Assembly: GCF_001194135.2 (NCBI RefSeq)
Contig: NC_068983.1
Coordinates: 26,861,546-26,908,811, forward strand
Length of the DNA stretch: 47,266 bases
Direction: 5' to 3'
DNA from: Octopus bimaculoides
Taxonomy: Eukaryota
Shown piece after piece: positions 1-10,750 of this stretch. Both the position numbers and the translations under genes were made by a program. Below the pieces are notes generated by a model, which was not told the DNA's origin, did no database searches, and was given only the letters and a program-made list of their open reading frames with translations. The number at the start of each line of letters is the position of its first letter. The stretch's first letter is position 1.

Positions 1-101
1 ATATATTTTATATATACATTATCTATAAGGCTCAATTTAATTTTAATTTTTTATAAATTGATTTGAATTGAGTTTTTTACCTGTAACTTTGGATTTTGTC
101 C

Positions 102-104
<3 letters not shown>

Positions 105-145
<41 letters not shown>
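105..145. repeat. (TA)n microsatellite
   Basis: Direct reading of an uninterrupted TA run. Confidence 0.95.
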
Positions 146-148
<3 letters not shown>

Positions 149-1962
149 CATTGTATAATTTTCAATGTTAATTGCCTTTCATGTTGACGTTGATTTATCC
201 TCAGTCAATTGCCATGACAATGCCTAATTGCAATATCATTGCAATATCGTTTGCTTGTCACATATGTGTAGAAATGCAATATTTAATGCGATGCAGTAGT
301 GTGATTTGATGGAAATTTGATTACTAACGCGAGCAAATTTTGGGATGATACACGCCCTCATCAATTCTTTCAAGTATATCCTGCTAAACTTTGTTGTTTC
401 TTACATGTATGCTATATAAATAACATTGCAATGGTAGTTCTTCAAAATCCAAAAGACAATGATATTGGAATTTCATTTTCGTAGAGGTAAAGAACTGAAA
501 AAGCAACATTTCCCCCATGAAAAGCAACGACCTTTTAAAATTTTGCATTTCTTATAAAAAGAATTATTTTCTTTTTATTATAATATAACAAAATTTTATT
601 CATTACAAAAATCGATGTATGTATAACTGGAAAAACCATAAAACTAAATTCTTGAGATAAAATCACTAATTTGGCACTTTGCATATATTAAAGAAGAATC
701 AGTAAGATCGTGTGTCTAAATCCTCTCATTTACAACGCATGTGTAATCACTTTATTTACCAAAATATACATCGAATAACATCATGGGTATAATTCAAGGT
801 AATATGAAAATTAGCAAATCACTTGGGTGGAAACATTGATATCAAAATATTTAATTGACTCATATTAATATATCTATGTAAACATTTAATTTGCTTTAAT
901 GAAATAGAATTCAGCCTATGTTGTGAATTAGTTGAGTATATTGAAGTACAAGTAGATTTGAACTAACATGAAACTGTAACAAATTAATGCATTTGTATTA
1001 ATATGCTATTATTAGATATTGAATGTTTTTTTTAGTGACATATTGTAGCTAAATATTGTATTTAGAATAACAAAGAGACTATTCTGAATTAATTCACAAA
1101 GTCACACAAAAGCGAAGAAAAAGACGTTTATAGAAGGAACATCAAGATTGAATTCACTTGGAAATTAAGGGAATTAAGTTCATATATTGATCGTAATAAC
1201 TTATTTGTCTTAGGAACATGGTCACGCGGGGACTGAATAATCAATAACATATGGAAGATCTTTAACGCGGTTCACCTACAACCTACTTCTATTGCACAAA
1301 ACATGCGACGTAACGACTGGTAATATCGATTTTATTGACTTGTCTAACATAAAGAAACCTATTGACAGGTTAGAGTTATTGTCAATTAAATAAACACCAA
1401 TATCCTAGAGTAATAATTTATTCGACCAACAAAAAAGGTGCAAGGCAAATGCGAATGTTGAACGTATTTAAATACAGAAAAAATAATGACATGCATGTGA
1501 AAATATTACAGAAACACGTTTGTGTAAAATGTTTGCTATATTTGAAATTTTATCGACGTTCTTCTAAGTGATATCAGTCAGTTTTCATACGATAAAATTA
1601 AAAGAGCCATAAATTAAACATAATGAAATAAATACCAACTATGATTGAAGTTGAAATATTGTACTATTGAAAAACCTTCTGAAGATTTTATGATTATATG
1701 ACGTGAACGAAATGCAGTTTTATTTATGACACTATAGAAAACTTCAAAGGAAATATGTTAATACAAACAGTTTGGCGAAGATATCAAGAGTGATTTCTGT
1801 ACACTCACTTCAACGTATGTCTAGTATTTATTTTGTCATCGTTGAATTAATGACAGACAACTGTGTCACCAATAGAATTGAAGCATAGTACATAGAACAG
1901 ATCGAAATATCGTTAGGAATTTTAATTTCTGACATTCCTTAAGCTTAATAATTCTGGTTTCG

Positions 1963-2544
1963 GGATCTATTTTAAAACGGGGGCCACATTTTTCATTAAT
2001 GTTTTACGTAGTGTTTTTGGTACCGAAAGACTTTCAAACTTCGTATACTTATCTATTTTGTGTTATAGAACAGAAAAATATTTTTGTATTCGAATTTATT
2101 TCATGTAAAAAATTGTCTTATTTCGATAATTTCAACCAATCAGTGACAAGTATTCAGTTGTTTACATTTACTCCTTTGGCTGATTAAGCGATGTAAAGCG
2201 TATTTAATCTCCATACCTTCGTTTTATTTGCTTTTTTCATTTTAAATTTGCTTTAACCCTAACCCTAACCCTAACCCTAACCTTAGGGTTAGGGTTAGGG
2301 TTAATTGTTTCAGAATCGTTTGTTTATGTAGTCGGCACTTAATGTATATCGGCTGAATGGACGTCAGTGATTGGTTGAAATTACAGAAATACGACAACTT
2401 TAACATGGAATAACTTATGGATTTCTTTATTTTTTTTAAGAAGACTAAGAGAAAAAGATGTTTTATATGACACATTCCACCAGTGTTCCAAGTTTCAAAG
2501 TGTTTCGTTAATGAAAAATGTGGCCCCCGTTTTAAAAAATATCC
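1963..2544. mobile_element. Non-autonomous foldback/MITE-like DNA element with long imperfect TIRs, central (CCCTAA)n/(TTAGGG)n and an 8-bp TSD
   Basis: Left end GGATCTATTTTAAAACGGGGGCCACATTTTTCATTAATG (from 1963) matches the reverse complement of CGTTAATGAAAAATGTGGCCCCCGTTTTAAAAAATATCC (to 2544). Inner arms also match (AATTTCAACCAATCAGTGAC vs GTCAGTGATTGGTTGAAATT). Direct repeat TGGTTTCG flanks both sides (1955-1962 and 2545-2552). Confidence 0.85.
2254..2302. repeat. Interstitial telomere-like repeat, (CCCTAA)n followed by (TTAGGG)n, at the centre of the foldback element
   Basis: Sequence reads TAACCCTAAACCCTAACCCTAACCCTAACCTTAGGGTTAGGGTTAGGGTTAA. Confidence 0.9.
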
Positions 2545-2625
2545 TGGTTTCGTCTGATATGACACTTTATTATTATTGTTATTCTTAAAGCAGAAAACTG
2601 GTAGCACTGTTAGCAATCCGGGAAA

Positions 2626-2690
2626 AATGCTTACCGACGTTTCGCTCGTTTTAAGTTTTGAGCATCAATTCCACTGAGGCTGTTTTTACC
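2626..2690 (-). ncRNA. Degenerate minimal hammerhead-like motif (Penelope-type)
   Basis: Minus strand reads ...TTGAT-GCTC-aaaacttaaaac-GAGC-GAAAC-GTCG-GTA. This gives a 4-bp stem II, GAAA, a short stem III and a GUA triplet. The CUGANGA half is decayed. Confidence 0.35.
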
Positions 2691-3636
2691 TTTCACCATT
2701 TTAAGATCGATGAAAAACGTGCCAGTCAGATACTGCACTTGATGTAACAATTAACCCTTGGTAAGTTTTACAAAGTTACTTTATTTTCTTTGGAATAAGT
2801 TGTTTGTATAATTTTTGTCCGACATTAAACGAAAATCTCGGCTTCACTGTGTGAAAATAACAAATTTAAGTGCTGGCTTTAATGTACACCTCTCTAATAA
2901 CCGAAATTGTACCACAATACCGTTTGATTTAATGTCTAGATTCATAAAGACACCTAGATACACACGCGTGCGCACACACTACCCTCTATAAAGAGGTAGG
3001 GGTGGAATTGATTTATCTGAGTATGACACTGAATATCGGAGATCACACTAAACTGAATTCAAATATCACCAGTCTGCCTTCCATTTCTAGGTACCATAAT
3101 GACAAGGAAAACGTATCAGAGAAATGCAAGGACGATAACCACAGCATCAACAACGCCAAGAACAAAAAAACTGTACAGAAAAAAAATTGAGAACAAAAAC
3201 TGTACTAGCAATAGCAGCAAGGAGAGCAAGAAACATTAGTAGCAGCAAAAAAAAAAAAAAATAGGCAATGGTTGTGGCAAAGCTAGTGACATGTCAAACA
3301 AAGTCGGTCGAATATTTATGCAGAAGCATAAACATCATCCCACAATTAAGAAATGCCCTAAGGAACAACGACAACAGTAAATAAGGAACAGGAACAGCAA
3401 ATGAAAGAGGGCAACGGCAAAGAAATAATATCGGAAGACTATTGTAGGATGAATGACGACAACAAGAATGCTTCCTGTTTGGAAGTAACCGCCAAGGGGG
3501 AAATATGTGAAATTATCTTGCGAAATTGCAAGATAACTCTGACGCACATATAGGATGAGAGATTTGTGATGTTATGGCAAAATATCGTAACTACAGCAAG
3601 ACGGCTCCTTCAGGTTGAGGTAAGATTTAAATCAGT

Positions 3637-4009
3637 GGAGGCGCAATGACCCAGTGGTGAGGGAAGCGGACTCGCGGTCGTAGGATCGCGGTTTCGATTC
3701 CCAAACCGGGCGTTGTGAGTGTTTATTGATCGAAAACACCTAAAGTTCCACAAGGCTCCGGCGGGGGATGGTGGCGAACCCTGCTGTACTCTTTCACCAC
3801 AACTTTCTCTCACTCTTTCTTCATGTTTCTGTTGTACCTATATTTCAAAGGGCCAGCCTTTTCATGCTTAATCCCCCCGAGAATTACGTTAAGGGTATAC
3901 GTGTCTGTGGAGTGCTCAGCCACTTGCACGTTATTTTCACGAGCAGGCTATTCCGTTGATTGGATCAACTGGAACCCTCGTCTTCGTAACCGACGGAGTG
4001 CCAACCACT
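3637..4009 (+). mobile_element. tRNA-derived SINE, family A (GGAGGCGCAATGGCCCAGTGGTTAGG... head), full length
   Basis: A-box-like TGACCCAGTGG and B-box-like GGTTTCGATTCCC. Near-identical to the copy at 5826. TSD ATTTAAATC(A/T)GT at 3625-3636 and 4010-4021. Confidence 0.92.
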
Positions 4010-4213
4010 ATTTAAATCTGTAGGAACTGCAGTAAAAAGCGTAGGTAGTGAACTACTGTAACTAACTCTTCGATCGCTCAGGTAAAAGGATGAAAATACT
4101 GGGCGTCCTACAGAGCTCAATCTCTATTGGATATTTGCACGCTTTGTGTTAAATGAAGCAAAACATTACTGGATATGAACAGAACTAGGCAGAAGTTACT
4201 TAATTTATCACTT

Positions 4214-4338
4214 GTTACTTAATTTACCCACCGCGATAGGATGAAAAGCAGTCAACACCAGCGGAATTTGAAAGCAGAACGTACCGACGGGCGAAATACC
4301 GTTAAGCGTACATAGAAGTCTGCCAGCTCACCGTCTTA
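4214..4338 (-). mobile_element. tRNA-derived SINE, family B (GGCGGTGAGCTGGCAGAATCG... head), partial
   Basis: Reverse complement of the family B head (…GCGGAATTTGAA…CTGCCAGCTCACCGTC). Confidence 0.8.
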
Positions 4339-4351
4339 ATAATAATAATAA

Positions 4352-4561
4352 TTTCAAATTTCTGCCACAAGGGCAACTTAGGGGGTGGTGGAGATGAGTC
4401 GATTACATTGATCACAGTGTTCAACTGGTACTTATTTTATCGACTCTAAATGGACGAAAGGCAAAGTCGACCTCGGCGGAGTTTGAACTCAGAAGGTAGC
4501 GATGGATGAAATACCGCTAAGCATCCGTCCAGCGTGCATACTACTCTCCCAGCTCACCGTT
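4352..4561 (-). mobile_element. SINE family B copy
   Basis: GGCAAAGTCGACCTCGGCGGAGTTTGAACTCAGAA…CCAGCTCACCGT; the B box reads GAGTTCAAAC on the minus strand. Confidence 0.9.
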
Positions 4562-4600
<39 letters not shown>

Positions 4601-4619
4601 GTAATAATAATAATAATAA
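4562..4619. repeat. (AAT)n microsatellite
   Basis: Direct reading. Confidence 0.95.
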
Positions 4620-4705
4620 ATTCACGGACAATATAAAAGATGTAATGATCTGTAAATCGTAAGCTGGTTCCATGAGAAATATTTCTATATTGTGACAGTT
4701 AACGT

Positions 4706-4745
4706 CGGTGAGCTGGCAGAATCGTTAGCACGCCGGGCTAAATGT
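4706..4745 (+). mobile_element. SINE family B 5' fragment
   Basis: CGGTGAGCTGGCAGAATCGTTAGCACGCCGGGC matches the family head. Confidence 0.8.
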
Positions 4746-5454
4746 AGAAAGAATAAGAATATGTTGTATTCAATAGTGAAAGGATGTTTTTTGATAGCTA
4801 AAGTATGATTTTAGAATTAAAACAAATTCAAAATTTAGATCTTAGAATATAAGACTTAAAATGTTATCTGGTGTATGGTCGTATTCAAATGGGTAGAAAA
4901 CCTAAAACAAATGTGTGCGTGTTTGTGTGTTGTTATACCTCGGGGTCAATTTCAGTTCAATTGTAGAAAGGAATTCAAATACCTAACAGCCACTCCCTTT
5001 CACTCTCTCTCTCTCCTTCTCTCTCACTTCCTCTCGTCTTGCTCGACACACGTCAAGTACCTTAATTTTATCACAACCATTGCTGTGGTTTCGTTATCCC
5101 AGTAGGCATGGATGTTGAGAAGTAGGAATACACATAGGTGGTGGTTTCAAATCTCTTCCAGACACTACAAAACACTTTTCATTTTTGTGCCTATAGAAGA
5201 AAATAATTTTTTTATAATAGTAGTCATAATAATAATAATTCGTTCTTTTCTTGGCAACAACGGCTAATTATAAATGAACATAAACGGCATGCAACAGCAT
5301 AAAAGACAACACAAGACGATAGAAATAGTAATAATAATAATAAGTTTAGTAATATATTTATATTACACATAACTTTTTAATATCATGTGGTATTACCAAA
5401 ATAAAAATAGTGGAAATAATAGTAATAATAATGATAACAAAAATAATGTTTAGA

Positions 5455-6445
5455 ATGTGTGGGAAATATGTCGGAACAAGCGCCCGTTTCCTCATTTCCA
5501 TACTCGCGGAGTATCCAATGAAGGTTTAGGGCTACCTTGTCGTGTCTGCACTTGTGCACTTTCTATGCAAGACTCTCACAAGCGCTAACGTCGTGAGTTA
5601 CGCTTTCAACCTACCTCCCAAACGTTCTGCAGATGATCGTTTCAGTTGCCTTGTGTATATACCTTTGTTATTCAATGCATGGTCCCGCAGGCTTTCAGTC
5701 CTCTTTCTAAGGTCACATTTTCTAAGCCACATCCATGATGCTTCCTAATATATTTAGGTGTTAGTTTCACTGAGTAATTCCATGAGATGTAGTGTTTCTC
5801 GCTGACTATTCGTGATCTGAGTAGTGGAGGCGTAATGGCCCAGTGGTTAGGGCAGCGGACTCGCGGTCATAGGATCGCGGTTTCGATTCCCAGACCGGGA
5901 GTTGTGAGTGTTTATTGAGTGAAAACACCTAACGCTCCACGAGGCTCCGGCAGGGGATGGTGGCGAACCCTGCTGTACCCTTTCACCACAACTTTCTCAC
6001 ACTCTTACTTCTTGTTTCTGTTGTGTCTGTAATTCAAAGGGTCAGTCTTGTCACACTGTGTCACGCTAAATATCTCCGAGAACTACGTTAAGGGTACACG
6101 TGTCTGTGGTGTGCTCAGCCACTTGCACATTAATTTCACGAGCAGGCTGTTCCGTTGATCGAATCAACTGGAAACCTCGACGTCGTAAGCGACGGAGTGC
6201 CAACAACAACAACAATCATTCGTGTTCTGAATTAGTTAGCACACTCAACTCCATTTTAGTACATTATCCTGTACTAGAAGTATACCGTAGCAGGTATTCT
6301 TCGTTCTTTATCAAATACTCTGTCAGATTTCTTCTTTCAAAAGAAGTGTGAAGCTTTTGAAAAATGAACGATGACCTTGTCTCTAGTTTCGTTGTGCAAG
6401 ATATTTTCCATCTCCACATTCCGAACGTAATTTTACCCACCATCA
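5455..6445 (-). mobile_element. R4/Dong-like non-LTR retrotransposon remnant (post-RT region and CCHC zinc knuckle), interrupted by a SINE
   Basis: Minus-strand translation with frameshifts gives NLTEYLIKNEEYLL, then ASWMWLRKCDLRKRTE…DHAL, then ICRTFGR*VESVTHDVSACESLA*KVHKCRHDKVALNLHW. RHDKVA..LHW following a CxxC-H-C knuckle is typical of R2/R4-group RLE LINEs. The element lies next to an (AAT)-rich tract. Confidence 0.75.
5826..6217 (+). mobile_element. SINE family A, full length, nested in the R4/Dong remnant
   Basis: Same head and body as 3637-4009, with a (CAA)n tail. Diverged ~18-bp TSD: ATTCGTGATCTGAGTAGT (5808-5825) and ATTCGTGTTCTGAATTAGT (6218-6236). Confidence 0.92.
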
Positions 6446-6665
6446 TCCGGGTCTCCTATTCGATATTCTTTTGGCAATTTTATTACTATTGAAGCTGTTG
6501 TTGTTGTGTTACTGCTGTTGTTGCTGTTTTTGTTGTCGTTACTTCGTATAAACCGGAGATAACTAGCAGCTTCCCATCGTGTCTACAAGCATTACTCTAT
6601 AAATACATCCGACTGAGTTGTCATCCGTCCTTTCCTGGTTGATGAAGTACATGCAGGACGCTAAC

Positions 6666-6666
<1 letters not shown>

Positions 6667-6725
<59 letters not shown>

Positions 6726-6814
6726 CATGTTTTATTATGAGCTACCTATCACTGCCATTACCATTACTATCAGGTGGGAGCAGCAGCGGAAGAAGCAATA
6801 GTAGTTGTAGTAGT

Positions 6815-6874
<60 letters not shown>

Positions 6875-6884
6875 NNNNNNNNNN

Positions 6885-6939
<55 letters not shown>

Positions 6940-6958
6940 ATAGTGGTAGTAGTAGTAG
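6667..6958. repeat. (TA)n, then compound (GCA)n/(GTA)n microsatellites containing a 10-N gap
   Basis: Direct reading; explains the poly-T/S/V/A ORFs. Confidence 0.9.
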
Positions 6959-9283
6959 TTGTTGAGGTTCCTAACAATTTAAGCGAAAATGGTATTGAAA
7001 AGAAATAAAATAGTAGAAGAGACAATGAGGGAATTGATGGCTCGATACTATTAATTAAGTAATTAAAGCAATAAGGAGGAGACGAACTGTCTTAAATTTC
7101 GGCAGAACACAAAAACAATTACGTGAAAATTGAAAGACAGCTATTAATCGGGAACTAAATAGATTGAATTGTGGGTGTACTTTCGTAGGAAAGAAAATAA
7201 ACTCATTCATTGTTGCTAGTGAACGTTAGACTAATTTTATAATTTTACTGAATGTAAAATTGCTTTCATAAATCTTTATTTATACAGACATTTGAGAAAT
7301 TGATTATACCGAAAGCTATTTCACCTCACATTCAAGAACCATTAATTCTTCTTATGTCCAACTGGATAACAAATGTGTCTTAGATTTCAAAACTGCGATT
7401 GAAATACTGTTGATTCTGGAGATTTGTTCTTATTCTTAACTTAAATTAGTTACTTTTACAGATAGAGGTTGGCCGTATGCCATTTCGTCACATCTGAAAC
7501 TTGAATAAATGGGGTCAGTATGATTCCATTATAAACTTTATAGAACGATGTGTCCGTTTGAGTCTTTGGTTTCGTTTGGTTGCATGTATTCTAAGTTGTC
7601 TTAAGCTATAACTCGCGAATTATCCAACGTTGTAGCCATAAACATTCCACATTCTCAGTGTCTATAGTGTTTATCATTCATAGTGGAATGCATTTGTATA
7701 ATGGCTGACAACTATGCTTCATTAATTCCAGTTGTTATGAGCTGTTATACATCAATAATTATTTACAAGTGGTAATTACATCCGGATACCAAATACAATA
7801 GAAGAAAGGAAGGGAAAACTATTTTATTAACCTGGCATTAAGCTATCTGCTGGATTTAGTTCTCTGACAAAGCGGTTGTTAATTTTCCACGTTTGCGAAT
7901 GTCTGTACTAATGAAATACTTCAATGTAACAAATGCAAGGAAGTAAGAAAGTCAGTGGTTTGCTGCCTTTTATATTATTATTAGTCATGGTTAATCGTTT
8001 GTGCGCAGCTTCAAAGTCAAAAGATCTATACTGCATATATTGGTTTGGAATTAAAGATATCTGCTATGGCTGTGGCTTTCAGAAACCCTCGAAATTAATG
8101 ATAAAGATACAATTAAATTTCTTAGGGAACGCTTGTTTCTCGCCGGTTCAAAGAAAAAGTTGTGCACTAATGAATTATAGAGGGTTCCTATTTTGAGAGA
8201 AAGTACTGCACAGGTAGTTAATCAATATGGTATAACGTGGGCAAGATATAACTGATGAGAGAAAAATCGTGGGTTGCATGTCTCAGCGGTTCAATAATGA
8301 GTTATTTGCAAAATATACCCCTGTCACGTCAGAAGTTAGCGAAGATCAGATGTTAGAGTGCATGGTTAAATTATTTCAAAGCTATCAGATCGATAGTTTT
8401 TCTTTTAAAATATTCAAATGTCTACCCGTGTGGAATATACATACACATTTCATAATGTAACCATTGAAGGCACAATCGCCATTTTTAGATTGATAGTAGG
8501 TTTTTATTTTTTTAAACTTTTTTGCCGAAATTTGCTGTGGCTCATTTACGATGAAATAAGCTGTTTTGAGGAAGCGAGCCCACCAAGAAACATCCTCATA
8601 GATACTAAGTGTAGCATTTGTGTAAGGACGTATAATTATTATTAGGTTTAACATATAGTTAGCGCTGAGAATCTGTTGAGTATAATGTCAAAATCTACAG
8701 TTGATACGGTGCAAAACTGTACAACCAGTACTCAAATCTAATTGCCACCTATATGAAAAGTCTCTAAGCATATACTCGCGTATGTGAGGATATATGCAGT
8801 CGTACCTCTGCGATTATAGGCGCAGAATTATGATCTGCAATGAAATGATTGAAGTAACTAACAGAATACTGGCACCTCACCGGGAGATGTAAAGTCAGTT
8901 ACACTAAAATATATATTTGAGAATAGGTGACTTGTAACTTTCATAAACCATAACTGAAAATAATGTATACTAGGAGGTTTCAAGTGGTAAGAATGAAACC
9001 TGGCTTACCATCCATGCAGGAAGTGCAAAAGATTGTCTTAAATGGAACGTCACACGTACTGAGAAGAGCATTATCGTTGTGAATTTTTTTATTTTTCCCC
9101 TTTATTTTCTTTGTTAACTTTTGTTATTTTTCATTTTCTCTTTTTTCTATCTGTCTTTCCTCCCCCTTTTCCCTATCACATGACTTGTAAATGAACAATC
9201 TGATGTGTTTATTTTAACGGCCTGCCAAATGTATATAGTGCGTTTCTCTGCCTTAGGTTTCAGGAAGATACTCGGCAAGTGTT

Positions 9284-9370
9284 CCGCTGGTACTTAATTT
9301 ATCGACCACGAAAAGATGGAAGGTAAAGTCAACCTCGGCTGAATTTGAACTCAGAACCTAGCGGCAGACT
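9284..9370 (-). mobile_element. SINE family B fragment
   Basis: GGTACTTAATTTATCGAC…GTAAAGTCAACCTCGGCTGAATTTGAACTCAGAAC. Confidence 0.85.
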
Positions 9371-9373
9371 AAA

Positions 9374-9476
9374 AGAAGAAGAAGGAGGAGGAGGAGCAGG
9401 AGGAGCAGGGGAAGAAGAAGAAGAAGAACAGCAACAACAACAACAGCAACAATAACAAGAACAAGAACAAGAAGAC
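9374..9476. repeat. Compound (AAG)/(AGG)/(AAC) trinucleotide tract
   Basis: Direct reading. Confidence 0.9.
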
Positions 9477-10554
9477 GAGTATGACATTTAGCAAGAATAC
9501 AAGTGTGGCACAGTGTCTTACGATAATCTGATAGCAACGAAGGGAGACCTTATAGAGAAGAGTGTTATATATAACATGATACTTTTCACAAAACAAAGGT
9601 AAGTGTCCCGTTTGCCCATTAAATTACACTATTAAAAGATAAATCAAATCTATGACTTAAGACGTAATCAAGTATCTTGTAGTTGATTAGACTATATTTC
9701 TACTCAACGTTATTTGTTCTAAAAGCATAAAAGTAACACAGATAAAAAGACTTGCAATGACCTTAAGACATATTTTATTTGCACCTAATTGTAATCTTCA
9801 ATTAATATAACTACTTTCAAATCGGAAAAACAATATTGCTGTAGCAGCTGCTAGTTATACAGGCTTATAGGTGTGTTAAAATCAATTGCATTCAAGGCGA
9901 ATCATACATTCCAAGAATAATACGTTTCTCGCAAGCGAAATTTCTTGACACAAAATCTTTTATTCTGAAAACATCCGAAGATGGCGACACTGCGTTTTAT
10001 ATCAATAGTAGTTACCAATACTAGGAACGAACAGTTTAGGAATAAAAAATCATTTCATGCATACGTCTGAAAGAAATTCGATATGCTGTTATATTAATAT
10101 CCTTCAGGAATTTGAGAGTGCATATCATATTTCTAATTTAGTACACTCGCTAGAAATCTGCTGCTAATAAAAACAGGTTAACGCATATAGAAATTTTTTC
10201 TATTTTCTTCAAACAATTTGATGCCCTTACTGATAAAATTTCAATTATCTAAATATCTCTTTTTCACTCACTCTGAAAAGATATGCATTTTTCAGGTTTT
10301 GCATATATACATACATAGGTTCTTACTTACATGCATACATACATTCGTGCGGGTATATTTCTATTTATGAATGCACACACACACACACACACACGTATAC
10401 ACCCGCATGTACATTTATAGAATATACGTACGTGGACACACAAAGGTATAAAGTTATATACCTCTCTATATATATGTGTGTGTGTGTGTGTCATAAACAT
10501 AGTTATATGATTTTCTCGTATATATTGACTACAGAAATTAGTCTAACATTGGTT

Positions 10555-10750
10555 TTAAATTGTGACATATGATCAGCAATTTTGGAGAAGTGGGAAGTCG
10601 ATTACCGTGACACTGGCACTTATTTATCGACCCCAATAGGGTAAAATGTAAAGTTAACCTCGACGGCCTTTGAACTCAGAACGTAAGCAGACGAAATTCC
10701 ACTAAGCATTTTGTCCGCTGTGCTAACGATTGTACCAACTCGTCGCCTTT
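10555..10750 (-). mobile_element. SINE family B copy
   Basis: TTTATCGACCCC…AAAGTTAACCTCGACGGCCTTTGAACTCAGAACGTAAGCAGACGAAAT…GCTAACGATT…CAACTCGTCGCC. Confidence 0.85.

Noticed and set aside
2254-2302. Telomere-fusion scar
   Set aside because: End-to-end fusions give (TTAGGG)n then (CCCTAA)n. Here the order is reversed and the repeat is enclosed by TIRs and a TSD.
2986-3190. TATAAA followed by a 62-aa ORF
   Set aside because: The ORF runs into A-rich low-complexity sequence and has no recognisable motif.
3637-3710. tRNA genes at SINE heads (also 5826, 20177, 45264)
   Set aside because: A/B boxes are present, but each continues into a SINE body with a TSD or tail and no complete cloverleaf.
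4658-4708. WFHEK… micro-exon as the SH2 N-terminus spliced to 26963
   Set aside because: The phase fits, but the acceptor is weak, the donor is just the SINE head, and the W-to-G spacing is too short for the alphaA helix.
6735-7025. Poly-Thr/Ser/Ala/Val ORFs, and similar poly-L/K/H/I/N, YI, TH and ER ORFs elsewhere
   Set aside because: These are translations of microsatellites.
9978-9986. YY1-like AAGATGGCG promoter motif
   Set aside because: A single 9-mer in AT-rich DNA with no CpG-rich context or downstream donor.
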